The notes beneath the pieces were generated by a model, which worked only from the letters and a program-made list of their open reading frames with translations, was not told the origin of the DNA and made no database searches. From contig JBAZVM010000001.1 in the NCBI GenBank assembly GCA_041660885.1, positions 102,698 to 166,697 of the forward strand: a stretch of 64,000 bases of DNA, given 5' to 3'. This document shows positions 16,625-25,725 of the stretch, one piece after another. Origin of the DNA: Patescibacteria group bacterium. GTDB lineage: Bacteria; Patescibacteriota; Patescibacteriia; UBA9570; JAHJKD01. A program made the translations under genes and the position numbers. How positions within the stretch are numbered: position 1 is the stretch's first letter; every line of letters begins with the position of its first letter.

Positions 16625-17155
16625 TAAAAAAGAACGGACCCTGGCGTTGGAAGGACAAGCGGAGACGCATGCTTGCTGCTTGTCCTTCCCGTACGCCAGA
16701 GTGAAGCGTTCCTACCCCGAACGCTTCCTAGCCTTGCCTCCCACTGTGGCAAGACTAGCCGTTAGAAACGAGCCTCGGACTTCGTCGGATGGCTCCGGTG
16801 GGGCGAGGAGATCCCCTTTTTACGAAGCCCGAGGCAAAATAGCGGGACTCCGGACGTGCAACAGAATAGTGTGTCCCCCGAGACACTAACTGTTGCACGC
16901 CGGAGCGAAGTGCTCCCTCCGTATGGTACGCGCTTCCTAGCCAAATTGCCCCGCCCGAAGCAAATGGCTAGCCCTGAAAGTTTCCCGGCCCATCAAGCCT
17001 TGGCTACCCCCCTCGCTTCTTCAAAAAAGGGGTGCCTAAGCGAGAGCCGGGAAGATTAACCCCACACCTAAAGCTGCTACTTCTCGTCTCTCCCGGGAGG
17101 GGTGATGGAGAGCGGAGGAATGAGAAGGCAGCTAATTAGGTGAGGGGATTTCGTG
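16625..17155 (-). ncRNA. unassigned large GC-rich structured RNA candidate (strand tentative)
   Basis: About 530 nt, markedly GC-richer than its neighbours, with stop-free junk ORFs in several frames. At least 8 helices are visible by eye (for example 16641-16660/16678-16699, 16703-16727, 16772-16784/16823-16835, 16856-16864/16890-16898, 17060-17085/17122-17147). The minus strand has TTGACT-N14-TGtTAGGTT upstream and a hairpin plus T-run at the 16625 end. Confidence 0.45.
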
Positions 17156-17188
17156 CACAACCTAACAATTATTATTAAAATAGTCAAT

Positions 17189-17227
17189 AAAAAAGTAGAG
17201 ACGCATTGCAATGCGTCTCTACTTTTT
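17189..17227. terminator. bidirectional intrinsic terminator downstream of metK
   Basis: aaaaagtagagacgcattgcaatgcgtctctacttttt. Confidence 0.8.
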
Positions 17228-17242
17228 ATGTGTGATATTAAA

Positions 17243-18400
17243 TTATAGCATTTTTTTCAATTCATCCACCTTATCCGTCTTTTCCCAAGATAAATTCAAA
17301 TCCGTGCGGCCGAAGTGGCCATAAGCCGCGGTTTGTTTATAGATCGGTTTTTTTAGATCTAATTGTTTAATGATATCCGCGGGCTTTACTGGGAAAATTT
17401 TTCTAACAGCTTGGGATAATTTATCATTATCTACTTTACCCGTGCCAAAGGTGTCTACTAAAATGGAAACCGGTTCAGCCACGCCAATGGCATAGGAAAG
17501 CTGCACTTCGCATTTATCAGCTAAGCCGGCTGCCACGATATTTTTCGCGATATAGCGCGCCGCGTAAGCCGCGGACCTGTCTACCTTGGAGCAATCTTTT
17601 CCGGAAAAAGCTCCGCCGCCGTGCCGGCCCATGCCGCCGTAGGTATCCACGATAATTTTTCTGCCGGTTAAGCCGCAATCGCCCGGAGGCCCGCCAATAA
17701 TGAATTTACCTGTAGGATTGATGTGATAAATGGTTTTATCATCCAGATATTTTCCGCAAACCGGTTTTATAATTTTTTCAATAATGTCTTTTTCTATTTG
17801 GTCGTGCGTGGCTTCGGGCCCATGTTGGCAGGAAACAACCACCGTATCCACTCTTTTTGGTTTGCCGTCTTCGTATTCCACGGTTACCTGGCTTTTGCCA
17901 TCCGGGCGCAAATAAGTGAGCTCTTTATTTTTTCTCACTTCGGCTAATTTTCTGGTTAATTTGTGCGCTAAGCTAATAGGCAAAGGCATCAACTCCTCGG
18001 TTTCGTTAATGGCAAAGCCGAACATCATGCCTTGGTCTCCGGCGCCCTGCTCTTTGTGCAAACCTTCGCCGGTATTTACTCCTTGGGCGATATCCGGGCT
18101 TTGTTCGTCGATGCTGGAAATAATGGCGCAAGCTTTATAGTCAAAGCCATAAGTGGCATCATCGTATCCCACTTGGCGAATGGCTTCGCGCGCGATTTTT
18201 GGAATGTCCGCGTAGCACTTGGTGGAAATTTCACCAGCCACTACTACCAATCCGGTGGTTACTAAAACTTCGCAGGCCACGCGGCCGTCCGGATCTTCCG
18301 CCATGATATGGTCTAGCACCGCGTCGGAAATTTGATCGGCCAACTTATCAGGATGACCTTCAGTTACCGATTCCGAAGTGAATAATTTTTTTTCTGGCAT
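17243..18400 (-). CDS. metK: S-adenosylmethionine synthetase
   Basis: [30 protein letters not shown]...[12 protein letters not shown]...[15 protein letters not shown]. The start is set at 18400; the 5' extension in the track ORF overlaps the riboswitch terminator. Confidence 0.95.
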   Translation of the reverse strand: MPEKKLFTSESVTEGHPDKLADQISDAVLDHIMAEDPDGRVACEVLVTTGLVVVAGEISTKCYADIPKIAREAIRQVGYDDATYGFDYKACAIISSIDEQSPDIAQGVNTGEGLHKEQGAGDQGMMFGFAINETEELMPLPISLAHKLTRKLAEVRKNKELTYLRPDGKSQVTVEYEDGKPKRVDTVVVSCQHGPEATHDQIEKDIIEKIIKPVCGKYLDDKTIYHINPTGKFIIGGPPGDCGLTGRKIIVDTYGGMGRHGGGAFSGKDCSKVDRSAAYAARYIAKNIVAAGLADKCEVQLSYAIGVAEPVSILVDTFGTGKVDNDKLSQAVRKIFPVKPADIIKQLDLKKPIYKQTAAYGHFGRTDLNLSWEKTDKVDELKKML

Positions 18401-18424
18401 AATATTATTTAATAATTGATAAAT

Positions 18425-18461
18425 AAAAAACTTCTTAGCCCGAAATTCAGGATAAGAAGTC
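18425..18461 (-). terminator. riboswitch expression-platform terminator
   Basis: Minus strand: gacttcttatcctgaatttcgggctaagaagtttttt, lying between the aptamer and the metK start. Confidence 0.7.
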
Positions 18462-18484
18462 TTTTGTCTTTGGCAAGCCAAACA

Positions 18485-18585
18485 TCTATCCCGATTATCG
18501 GGTAGGAGTTACCACACAGCATTACCTGCGCTGGCGAGCAGTCTACGGGCCTAGTCCCTCGTGCTTCTCTTGATATTGTTAATTG
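18485..18585 (-). promoter_or_regulatory. SAM riboswitch (S-box / SAM-I clan aptamer)
   Basis: Minus strand: AUCAAGAGAAGCACGAGGGACUAGGCCCGUAGACUGCUCGCCAGC...GGUAACUCCUACC...GAUAGAUG. It matches the AGAG..GAGGGAC.GGCCC..GA core and sits upstream of metK. Confidence 0.75.
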
Positions 18586-18637
18586 CTAAAGTACTCTGTT
18601 TAAAATAACAAAAATTATTTTTTATGTCAATAATAGC

Positions 18638-18666
18638 TTGTCAAAAGTCATTTTTTTTGCTATAAT
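18638..18666 (+). promoter_or_regulatory. sigma70-like promoter (TTGTCA-17-TATAAT) for the giant gene
   Basis: ttgtca aaagtcattttttttgc tataat, 27 nt upstream of the ATG at 18693. Confidence 0.55.
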
Positions 18667-18692
18667 ATAGATATAAAATCGTATAAATTACG

Positions 18693-21600
18693 ATGAACAA
18701 AAATAAAAATAAAATAAACAAATTACTCTTTGTAATTGATAAAAATTATTATCATTCTTTCATTATTTTTCTTGCGAGCATTTTTATTGTGTCGTTTTTT
18801 TGTATTTGCGGTTTTTTTCAGCCGGTCTTAGCCGATACTACTTTTACCGTAAATGATCTAGGTGATGCCACGGATGACAACGCTGGCGATGGTGTTTGCC
18901 ATACAGCCGGAGGCGTTTGCACTTTTCGCGCCGCTATCGTTGAAATCAACGCTCTCGCCGGAAACCACACAATAAATTTTAGCGTAGCCGGAACTATCGA
19001 AGTGGCTTCAGTAGTAACATTAAGCCGTGCTAATACTACCATTGATGGCGGAACCAATCACGACGTGGTTATTAATGGCACCGGCACCGCCGGCATCCAT
19101 TGCATCACCATTAATGGCGTGGATAATAATATTATCAATGGGTTGGTAGTTCAGAATTGCCAATATGGATTTAATTTAGCTAACGACTCGGACAACAATA
19201 AAATCCAGAATAATTACATTGGCACCAACGCGGCGGGTACCGCAGCCGTGGCTAATAGCAGGGGAATTAGCGCATCCGCTTCCACTACCGGAAACATCAT
19301 CGGCACGGACGGAGATGGCGTGAACGACGCCAGTGAAAAAAATTTGGTATCCGGCAATGTCGGCGGCATATATATGGCCACTGCGACCAATTGGATTGTT
19401 GCGGGAAATTATATTGGTACGAATTTGGCTGGTACTGCCGCCATTGCTAATACTAATTACGGAATGTATCTTACTACCTCAAGTAATAGCAATACCATAG
19501 GCACGGATGGTGACGGAGTTTCCGATGATCTGGAAAGAAACGTTATTTCCGGTAACTCAGGAGCGACTTATGGAGCTTTATATATAACTGGTTCCAATAA
19601 CAATATCATTGCCGGCAATTATATTGGTACCAATGCTGCTGGCACTGCCGCCATTGCCAATATTTATGGAGTATATATTACTGGCGCCTCGCAATCCAAT
19701 ATAGTCGGCACCAATGGTGACGGCGTCGGAGACGCGGCGGAAAGAAATATTATTTCCGGCCATACTGCTGGTTTTGGCGTTTATATTGTTGGCGCAAACT
19801 CAAATACAAATCGCGTGGCAGGCAATTATATTGGTATTAATGCGGCCGGCACAGCAGCCGTGGCTAATAGCAGCGGTGTTGTTATTTCCACAGCCGCTCA
19901 ATCAAACATTGTGGGCACTAACGGCGATGGCGTGGCAGACGCGGCTGAGCAAAATGTTATTTCAGGTAATACAAATTACGGTGTTTATATCACGAGCGCT
20001 AATTCATACTATAACCGTGTAGCTGGAAATTATATTGGCTTAAACGCGGCTGGAGACACAGCCATACCTAATACTCATGGCGTGTATATTTATAGCTCTG
20101 CTTCATATAATACTGTCGGTACAAACGGCGATGGTGTTTCCGACGATTTGGAAAGAAATATTATCTCGGGCAATACCACAGCAACAGGCTATGGCGTTTA
20201 TATAAACTTATCTTCTAATTCTACCACTGTAGCTGGAAATTATATCGGCTTAAACGCGGCCGGCACAGCGGCTATTGCCAATGACAGCGGCCTTGTTATT
20301 GTCTCGTCCTCTTCAAATACTGTCGGTACAAACGGCGATGGTGTTTCCGACGATCTAGAGAAAAATGTCATATCGGGAAATACCGCCGGTTATGGCATAT
20401 ATATGGTGACATCTTCAAATTCCAATACCGTAGCTGGCAACTACGTTGGCACCAACCCGGCCGGAGACGCGGCCATCCCCAATGCTTATGGCGTTTATAT
20501 GGGCGGAGCTTCGAACTCAAACATTGTCGGCAACAATAGCGATGGCGTATCCGACGATTTGGAAAGAAATATTATTTCGGGTAATAATGGAACTTACGGG
20601 GGCGTTAGCATATCCGGTTCCAGTAGTAATATTGTTGCCGGAAATTATATTGGTACCAACGCGGCCGGCACAGCGGCTATTGCTAATGCTAATGGTGTTT
20701 ACATATTCAGCGCTTCGCAATCGAATATTATCGGCACCAATGGCGATGGGACGGCTGATGCCACTGAGCGTAATGTAATTTCCGGAAATACTAGTTATGG
20801 TGTTTACATATTAAATGCAAATTCAAATTCCAATCGCATAGCGGGCAATTATATTGGTACCAACGCGGCCGGCACAGCAGCCGTGGCTAATGGCCATAGC
20901 GGTGTTGTTATTTCTGCGTCCGCACAATCAAATATTGTAGGCACTAACGGTGATGGCGTGGCAGACGCGGCTGAGCAAAATATTATTTCAGGTAATACTA
21001 ATTACGGCGTTTATATAGTGAATGCTAATACATACTATAACCGTGTAGCCGGAAACTATATCGGCTTAAACGCGGCCGGAGACACAGCTATATCCAATAC
21101 TTATGGCGTGTATATTTATAGCTTTGCTTCATATAATACTGTTGGCACCAACGGCGATGGTGTTTCCGATGATCTAGAAAGAAACATCATATCTGGAAAT
21201 ACCACCGCGACTGCTTATGGTGTTGTAATATCAACTTCCGCCAACTCCAATACCGTAGCTGGCAACTACGTTGGCACCAACCCGGCTGGCAACGCGGCCA
21301 TTGCTAATGATAATGGCGTCTATATTGTTAGTGGTGCGCAATCTAACTTTGTTGGTACTAATGGAGATGAATCTGGCGATGCGGTTGAACGTAATATTAT
21401 ATCCGGTAATACTGGTTATGGCGTGGTGATAAATAGTGTTACCACTATTTCTAACACTGTGGCCGGCAACTACATCGGCTTAAACGCGGCCGGAGACGCA
21501 GCCGTGCCAAACGTTAGCAGAGGAATGATAATTATTGCTGCCATCTCAAATACTATTGGTACAAATAGCGATGGCGCCTCGGATGATTTGGAAAGAAATA

Positions 21601-24600
21601 TTATTTCCGGTAATACCGGTTATGGCATAGAATTAAACACTACAATCACTGGCAGTAATAAGATTTCTGGAAATTATATAGGAACTAATCCGGCCGGAAC
21701 GAGCGCTATTGCCAATAATACTGGCATTGGTTTAACTTATGCGGCTTATCAAATGATCGGTACCGACGGCGACGGCATAAGCGATAGCATAGAAGGTAAT
21801 TTGATTTCGGGGAACACAAATTATCAAATATATACCCATCCTTCTTATAACAATGATTATAATACGATTGCCGGAAACTACATTGGTTTAAACGTAGCCG
21901 GAGACGCGGCTATTGGGGCTGGAAGTTATGGCATAGGCATTAACGGATTATCAAGTGATAATATTATTGGTACGGACGGCGACGGCGTATCCGATGATTT
22001 GGAAAGAAACGTGATCGCGTCTCAAACTAACATGATTTATGTTAATAATGGAGATACTAATACCATAGCCGGCAACTACATCGGTTTAAATGCGGCTGGC
22101 ACTGCTAAAGTAGGTTCTTGTACTCAAGGCATTTGGTTAAATACCGGGGCATCAAATAATTTAATCGGTACGGACGGCGACGGCGTATCCGATGATTTGG
22201 AAAGAAACGTAGTGGCCGGCTGCACTTATAATTATTACATTACTTCTGCCGGAATTAATGACGGCAATACTATCGCGGGCAATTACTCGGGTTTAGACGC
22301 GGATGGCGATACTGGTTTGGGAGGAACAAACGGTATATATTTTTATAATACCGGGACAAACACTAATAATATTATTGGTACTAATGGAGATGGAAATGGT
22401 GATGCCGTGGAAGGTAATGTGGTTTCCGGTAATACCACGGGGATTACGATTTACGGAAGCAACAACACTTTAAATACCGTGGCTGGAAATATTGTGGGTT
22501 TGGATGCTACTGGAAGCGCGGCCATACCCAACACAACCTACGGTATATATATTTATTCCGGAGCCGCTTCCAATACCATTGGCACGGATTCAGATGGCAC
22601 CTCCGATGATTTGGAAAAAAATATAGTTTCAGGCAACACTACCACCGGCATATATTTGTCTGATGCCAGCACTTCCAATAATATGATAAAAGGCAATTAT
22701 ATCGGCGCAGGTTTAGACGGAGTCACGGACTATGGTAATGGTACTCATGGAATCATGATAGACGACACAGCCACTTCCAATACTATAGGAGGCAGCGGTA
22801 CTTACGATGCCAATATAATCGCTTATAACGGAGATGGCGCATCGGAATACGGTATTTCCATAGAAGATGTAAATACTGATCTGCATAAAATATCAAGAAA
22901 TTCTATTCATGACAATCAAAACGAGGGCATTAAATTATCCGGAGGTTCCAATGATGCCATTGCCGTTCCCAGCATCACTGGCTTGGCTGACGGCGGGGCT
23001 TCGGCCACCATTACTCTTTCCGGAACTTGTTTGGTGGACGCCGGAACAGCCACAGTGGAACTTTTTGAATCAGACGGTTCCGGAGAAGGTGAAACATATA
23101 TAACCAGCACCACTTCTACCGATGGCAATTGGAGTACTAATATTACGGGAAGCTATACCACGATAGGCACAAAAATAGTAGCCACGGCTACTAGCTCGAC
23201 AAACAATACTTCCGAATTTTCTTCAGAATACACCATTACAGATTTAGCCGCTCAAGCCAGCACTACTGGTACGGCTGATTCTATAGATGAAGAGCATAAC
23301 GCCAGCTTGGTGGGTACTAGCAGTTACGATCCAAATAGCGGAGATGTTATTACATATCTTTGGGAAAGAACAGCCGGAGAAAATATTGTTATTAATGATG
23401 CCGACCATGCCACGGCTAATTTTGACGCTCCAGACATCACCGGAGCAGATAGTTCCGTAACCGTGAGATTATCTGTAAACGGGGGAGACACTGACTCTAA
23501 AGTAATTAATATAGTAAACACTAATGACGCTCCTATTCTTTCTATAAATATTCCAGACCAAAGTTTAGACGAAGACATATCAGAAAACGCCAAATTCGAT
23601 TTAGATGATTATTTTACGGATGTTATTCCTCCAGGAGATACTTTATCCTATACCGCTATCGATGATTTTAATCCTGCTCTAGGCACTATAGATATTAATG
23701 CCGATGGCACCATAGATTTTAATCTTGCGGCTAACGCCAATGGTTCTGATACCATTCAATTTAGAGCTACGGATGATTTAAGCGCAATAGCCGATTCTAA
23801 CATCATAACAGTTACCGTAGACCCGATTAATGACGCGCCAACATTTTCCGGTCCCATCACCGTAACCGCGTGGGACGAAGATACGGACAAGAATCTCGCT
23901 TTTGACCTTGATGATAATTTTTCAGATATCGATGCCGGAGACTCTTGCACTTATTCCGTTGCTACTGATCCGGCCAACATAAATGCCACCATCGACGCAG
24001 ACAACAAAGTTTCCTTTTCGCCTGACGCCAACTGGAACGGCAACCAGACCGTAAAGTTTATATGCACCGATACAGGTTTAGCCACTGTGGATAGCAATGA
24101 TATTGCTTTAACGGTTAATCCCGTGAACGATACACCAATAGCGAATGCCGGTAGTAACCAAACTGTCACAGAAGATGACGCCGTAGTTTATTTAAACGGA
24201 TCCGGATCAAGCGATATTGATACGGTGGATGTTTTAACTTATCAATGGATGGAAATGTCAGACTCTGCCGATGCCTGTAGTTTATCCGGATCAACCAACG
24301 TAAGCTCGGAGGTGGCTGTTCAAAATAAAAATTCCAATTATTCCTGCTTATATTCTTTAACTGTAAATGATGGAACAATTGATTCTTTAGCAGATGATAT
24401 ATTAATAGAAGTAACCGCAGATAATGACGCGCCAACAATTGTTGGCATATCCGATGTTATAATAGACGAAAATGAACCATTGATATTTTCCGTCGCCGTC
24501 AATGATATTGATTCGTCTGATATAACTTTGCTAGCCTTGGACGAGCATAATGATTTTGCTGCTAAAAGCATTGATGTTAATTCAATATTTACAGATCATG

Positions 24601-25244
24601 GCAATAATACCGGTACTATAAATTGGACGCCAGGCCTAACGCAATCTGGCAATTATCAGCTGACTATTGATGCCGGAGATGAGATTAATCATACGAAAGA
24701 AATCATTAATATTACGGTGAATAATACTTATGATGAAAACACAGAGGAAACGGAGATTGCTTATTTGAGAGGGCGCGATAGAGGAAAGGGCGTAGTGGAT
24801 GCTTATAGTGCGGATGATGAAATTATTTGTTCCATCAACGCGTTCTCGACGGGTGGAGCTATTCCCCGCTTGGTAAAATTAAATGGCGTTTATTATATTT
24901 CCGTAGTTAAATATCGAAGTGGATCTACCATGCATATTTATAATAAAGATTGCGAATTTATGGCCAAGAAAAAACTTTCTCCTAAATTGCATATCAGGCG
25001 CATAGATATTGGTAATTTAAAAAAGAATAATCATGCTCAAGAAATTGTAGTTTCCGCCAGAAGGGACGGCCATGTTTCTATAAAAATATATAGATACGAT
25101 CTTGTTTATAACCGATGGCATCTTTTGAAAAGAACCATGATTAATAATGTACCTCGCGGATATTCTTTAGAAACAGAGGGGAAAGTAGTCCAAATTAGAA
25201 ATAAATATGATAAGTTACTGTATACTTGGAAAGTTAATTTATAG
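18693..25244 (+). CDS. giant (2183 aa) secreted/surface protein: CSLREA-like N-terminal domain, about 30 right-handed parallel beta-helix repeats, cadherin-like/Ig-like modules, and a conserved C-terminal domain
   Basis: N-terminal TM/signal segment, then TFTVNDLGDATDDNAGDGVCHTAGGVCTFRAAIVEINAL. A repeating unit follows: AGNYIGTNAAGTAAIAN..GVYI...SNIVGTNGDGVSDDLERNIISGN. It ends with several ..NDAP(I/T).. modules. Confidence 0.85.
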   Translation: MNKNKNKINKLLFVIDKNYYHSFIIFLASIFIVSFFCICGFFQPVLADTTFTVNDLGDATDDNAGDGVCHTAGGVCTFRAAIVEINALAGNHTINFSVAGTIEVASVVTLSRANTTIDGGTNHDVVINGTGTAGIHCITINGVDNNIINGLVVQNCQYGFNLANDSDNNKIQNNYIGTNAAGTAAVANSRGISASASTTGNIIGTDGDGVNDASEKNLVSGNVGGIYMATATNWIVAGNYIGTNLAGTAAIANTNYGMYLTTSSNSNTIGTDGDGVSDDLERNVISGNSGATYGALYITGSNNNIIAGNYIGTNAAGTAAIANIYGVYITGASQSNIVGTNGDGVGDAAERNIISGHTAGFGVYIVGANSNTNRVAGNYIGINAAGTAAVANSSGVVISTAAQSNIVGTNGDGVADAAEQNVISGNTNYGVYITSANSYYNRVAGNYIGLNAAGDTAIPNTHGVYIYSSASYNTVGTNGDGVSDDLERNIISGNTTATGYGVYINLSSNSTTVAGNYIGLNAAGTAAIANDSGLVIVSSSSNTVGTNGDGVSDDLEKNVISGNTAGYGIYMVTSSNSNTVAGNYVGTNPAGDAAIPNAYGVYMGGASNSNIVGNNSDGVSDDLERNIISGNNGTYGGVSISGSSSNIVAGNYIGTNAAGTAAIANANGVYIFSASQSNIIGTNGDGTADATERNVISGNTSYGVYILNANSNSNRIAGNYIGTNAAGTAAVANGHSGVVISASAQSNIVGTNGDGVADAAEQNIISGNTNYGVYIVNANTYYNRVAGNYIGLNAAGDTAISNTYGVYIYSFASYNTVGTNGDGVSDDLERNIISGNTTATAYGVVISTSANSNTVAGNYVGTNPAGNAAIANDNGVYIVSGAQSNFVGTNGDESGDAVERNIISGNTGYGVVINSVTTISNTVAGNYIGLNAAGDAAVPNVSRGMIIIAAISNTIGTNSDGASDDLERNIISGNTGYGIELNTTITGSNKISGNYIGTNPAGTSAIANNTGIGLTYAAYQMIGTDGDGISDSIEGNLISGNTNYQIYTHPSYNNDYNTIAGNYIGLNVAGDAAIGAGSYGIGINGLSSDNIIGTDGDGVSDDLERNVIASQTNMIYVNNGDTNTIAGNYIGLNAAGTAKVGSCTQGIWLNTGASNNLIGTDGDGVSDDLERNVVAGCTYNYYITSAGINDGNTIAGNYSGLDADGDTGLGGTNGIYFYNTGTNTNNIIGTNGDGNGDAVEGNVVSGNTTGITIYGSNNTLNTVAGNIVGLDATGSAAIPNTTYGIYIYSGAASNTIGTDSDGTSDDLEKNIVSGNTTTGIYLSDASTSNNMIKGNYIGAGLDGVTDYGNGTHGIMIDDTATSNTIGGSGTYDANIIAYNGDGASEYGISIEDVNTDLHKISRNSIHDNQNEGIKLSGGSNDAIAVPSITGLADGGASATITLSGTCLVDAGTATVELFESDGSGEGETYITSTTSTDGNWSTNITGSYTTIGTKIVATATSSTNNTSEFSSEYTITDLAAQASTTGTADSIDEEHNASLVGTSSYDPNSGDVITYLWERTAGENIVINDADHATANFDAPDITGADSSVTVRLSVNGGDTDSKVINIVNTNDAPILSINIPDQSLDEDISENAKFDLDDYFTDVIPPGDTLSYTAIDDFNPALGTIDINADGTIDFNLAANANGSDTIQFRATDDLSAIADSNIITVTVDPINDAPTFSGPITVTAWDEDTDKNLAFDLDDNFSDIDAGDSCTYSVATDPANINATIDADNKVSFSPDANWNGNQTVKFICTDTGLATVDSNDIALTVNPVNDTPIANAGSNQTVTEDDAVVYLNGSGSSDIDTVDVLTYQWMEMSDSADACSLSGSTNVSSEVAVQNKNSNYSCLYSLTVNDGTIDSLADDILIEVTADNDAPTIVGISDVIIDENEPLIFSVAVNDIDSSDITLLALDEHNDFAAKSIDVNSIFTDHGNNTGTINWTPGLTQSGNYQLTIDAGDEINHTKEIINITVNNTYDENTEETEIAYLRGRDRGKGVVDAYSADDEIICSINAFSTGGAIPRLVKLNGVYYISVVKYRSGSTMHIYNKDCEFMAKKKLSPKLHIRRIDIGNLKKNNHAQEIVVSARRDGHVSIKIYRYDLVYNRWHLLKRTMINNVPRGYSLETEGKVVQIRNKYDKLLYTWKVNL

Positions 25245-25317
25245 TATATTTATTCTTGCCAGGTTTTATTGACAATATGCTATAATCTACACTAGATTAT
25301 AATAGTTTGTATGCAGA

Positions 25318-25397
25318 GCCGCGGTGGCGGAATTGGTATACGCGCATGGCTTAGGACCATGTGGGAAACCTTGAGAGTTCGAGTCTCTCCCGCGGCA
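25318..25397 (+). tRNA. tRNA-Leu (anticodon TAG), class II long variable arm, no encoded CCA
   Basis: Hand-folded cloverleaf. Acceptor GCCGCGG/CCGCGGC, anticodon stem CATGG/CCATG with loop CTTAGGA, T-arm GAGAG-TTCGAGT-CTCTC. Confidence 0.85.
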
Positions 25398-25725
25398 CAT
25401 TACTCAAATTTATGCCAGAACGATCAAGCCCAGCTCCAAAGAGAATATATCCTGAAATGAGCGCTAAAGCCATTGAGTTTTTTATTTCTGGTCCACGCCA
25501 AAAAAAATAAAATAAAAGAAAAATATCGAAGAATGAAAGAAGCCGTGGGCGAAACTGTAACTGATGAGCAAGTGGAGGAATATTATCAAAATTTATTGCA
25601 CCAAATAGAAGAATTAAAAAAGAAAGAAAATGCAGAATTAGATGAAGAACCGATAACAGATGAAGTTCTGAGAGAAAAATAAAAATGTGCTATAATAGTA
25701 TTATAAAAATAAAATTATCAATATT

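Noticed and set aside
16625-17155. Calling this block RNase P RNA (rnpB).
   Set aside because: GAAGUCCGAGGCUC, GUGCAACAG and GGCUAGGAAGCG resemble CR-I and P9/P10 sequences. But the CR-I-like segment pairs locally with a complement only about 40 nt upstream, instead of forming a long-range P4. No ACAGAAnCCGGCUUA (CR-IV) or AGGGUGAAA (J11/12) motif was found. tmRNA and SRP signatures are also absent.
12217-18481. The long 5' extensions of track ORFs for transaldolase (to 13188), DUF559 (to 16566) and metK (to 18481).
   Set aside because: The extensions add non-homologous residues, run into a repeat, riboswitch or terminator, and internal ATGs coincide with the conserved family N-termini. Shorter starts were adopted.
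19200-22700. Regular periodicity of about 132 nt, which could be taken for a tandem repeat or CRISPR-like array.
   Set aside because: The period is in-frame coding sequence (a 44-aa parallel beta-helix repeat) within one uninterrupted ORF. There are no identical short repeats separated by unique spacers and no cas genes.
18818-24571. Numerous 61-110-aa ORFs in other frames or antisense within 18693-25244.
   Set aside because: They are all nested in the single 2183-aa ORF, whose repeat structure is coherent. Their compositions (for example Ala/Pro/Leu runs) reflect out-of-frame reading of GGN/GCN-rich repeats.
25269-25286. TTGACA and TATAAT hexamers upstream of tRNA-Leu.
   Set aside because: The two hexamers are only 6 nt apart, so they cannot form one sigma70 promoter. 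The real tRNA promoter is not confidently identifiable.
25413-25682. Small ORFs after tRNA-Leu: 25413-25511 (32 aa) and the track ORF 25473-25682 (69 aa, or 49 aa from ATG 25532, Glu/Lys-rich).
   Set aside because: No SD, no recognisable family, low-complexity composition and ambiguous starts. They may be real small proteins, but I cannot support a call.
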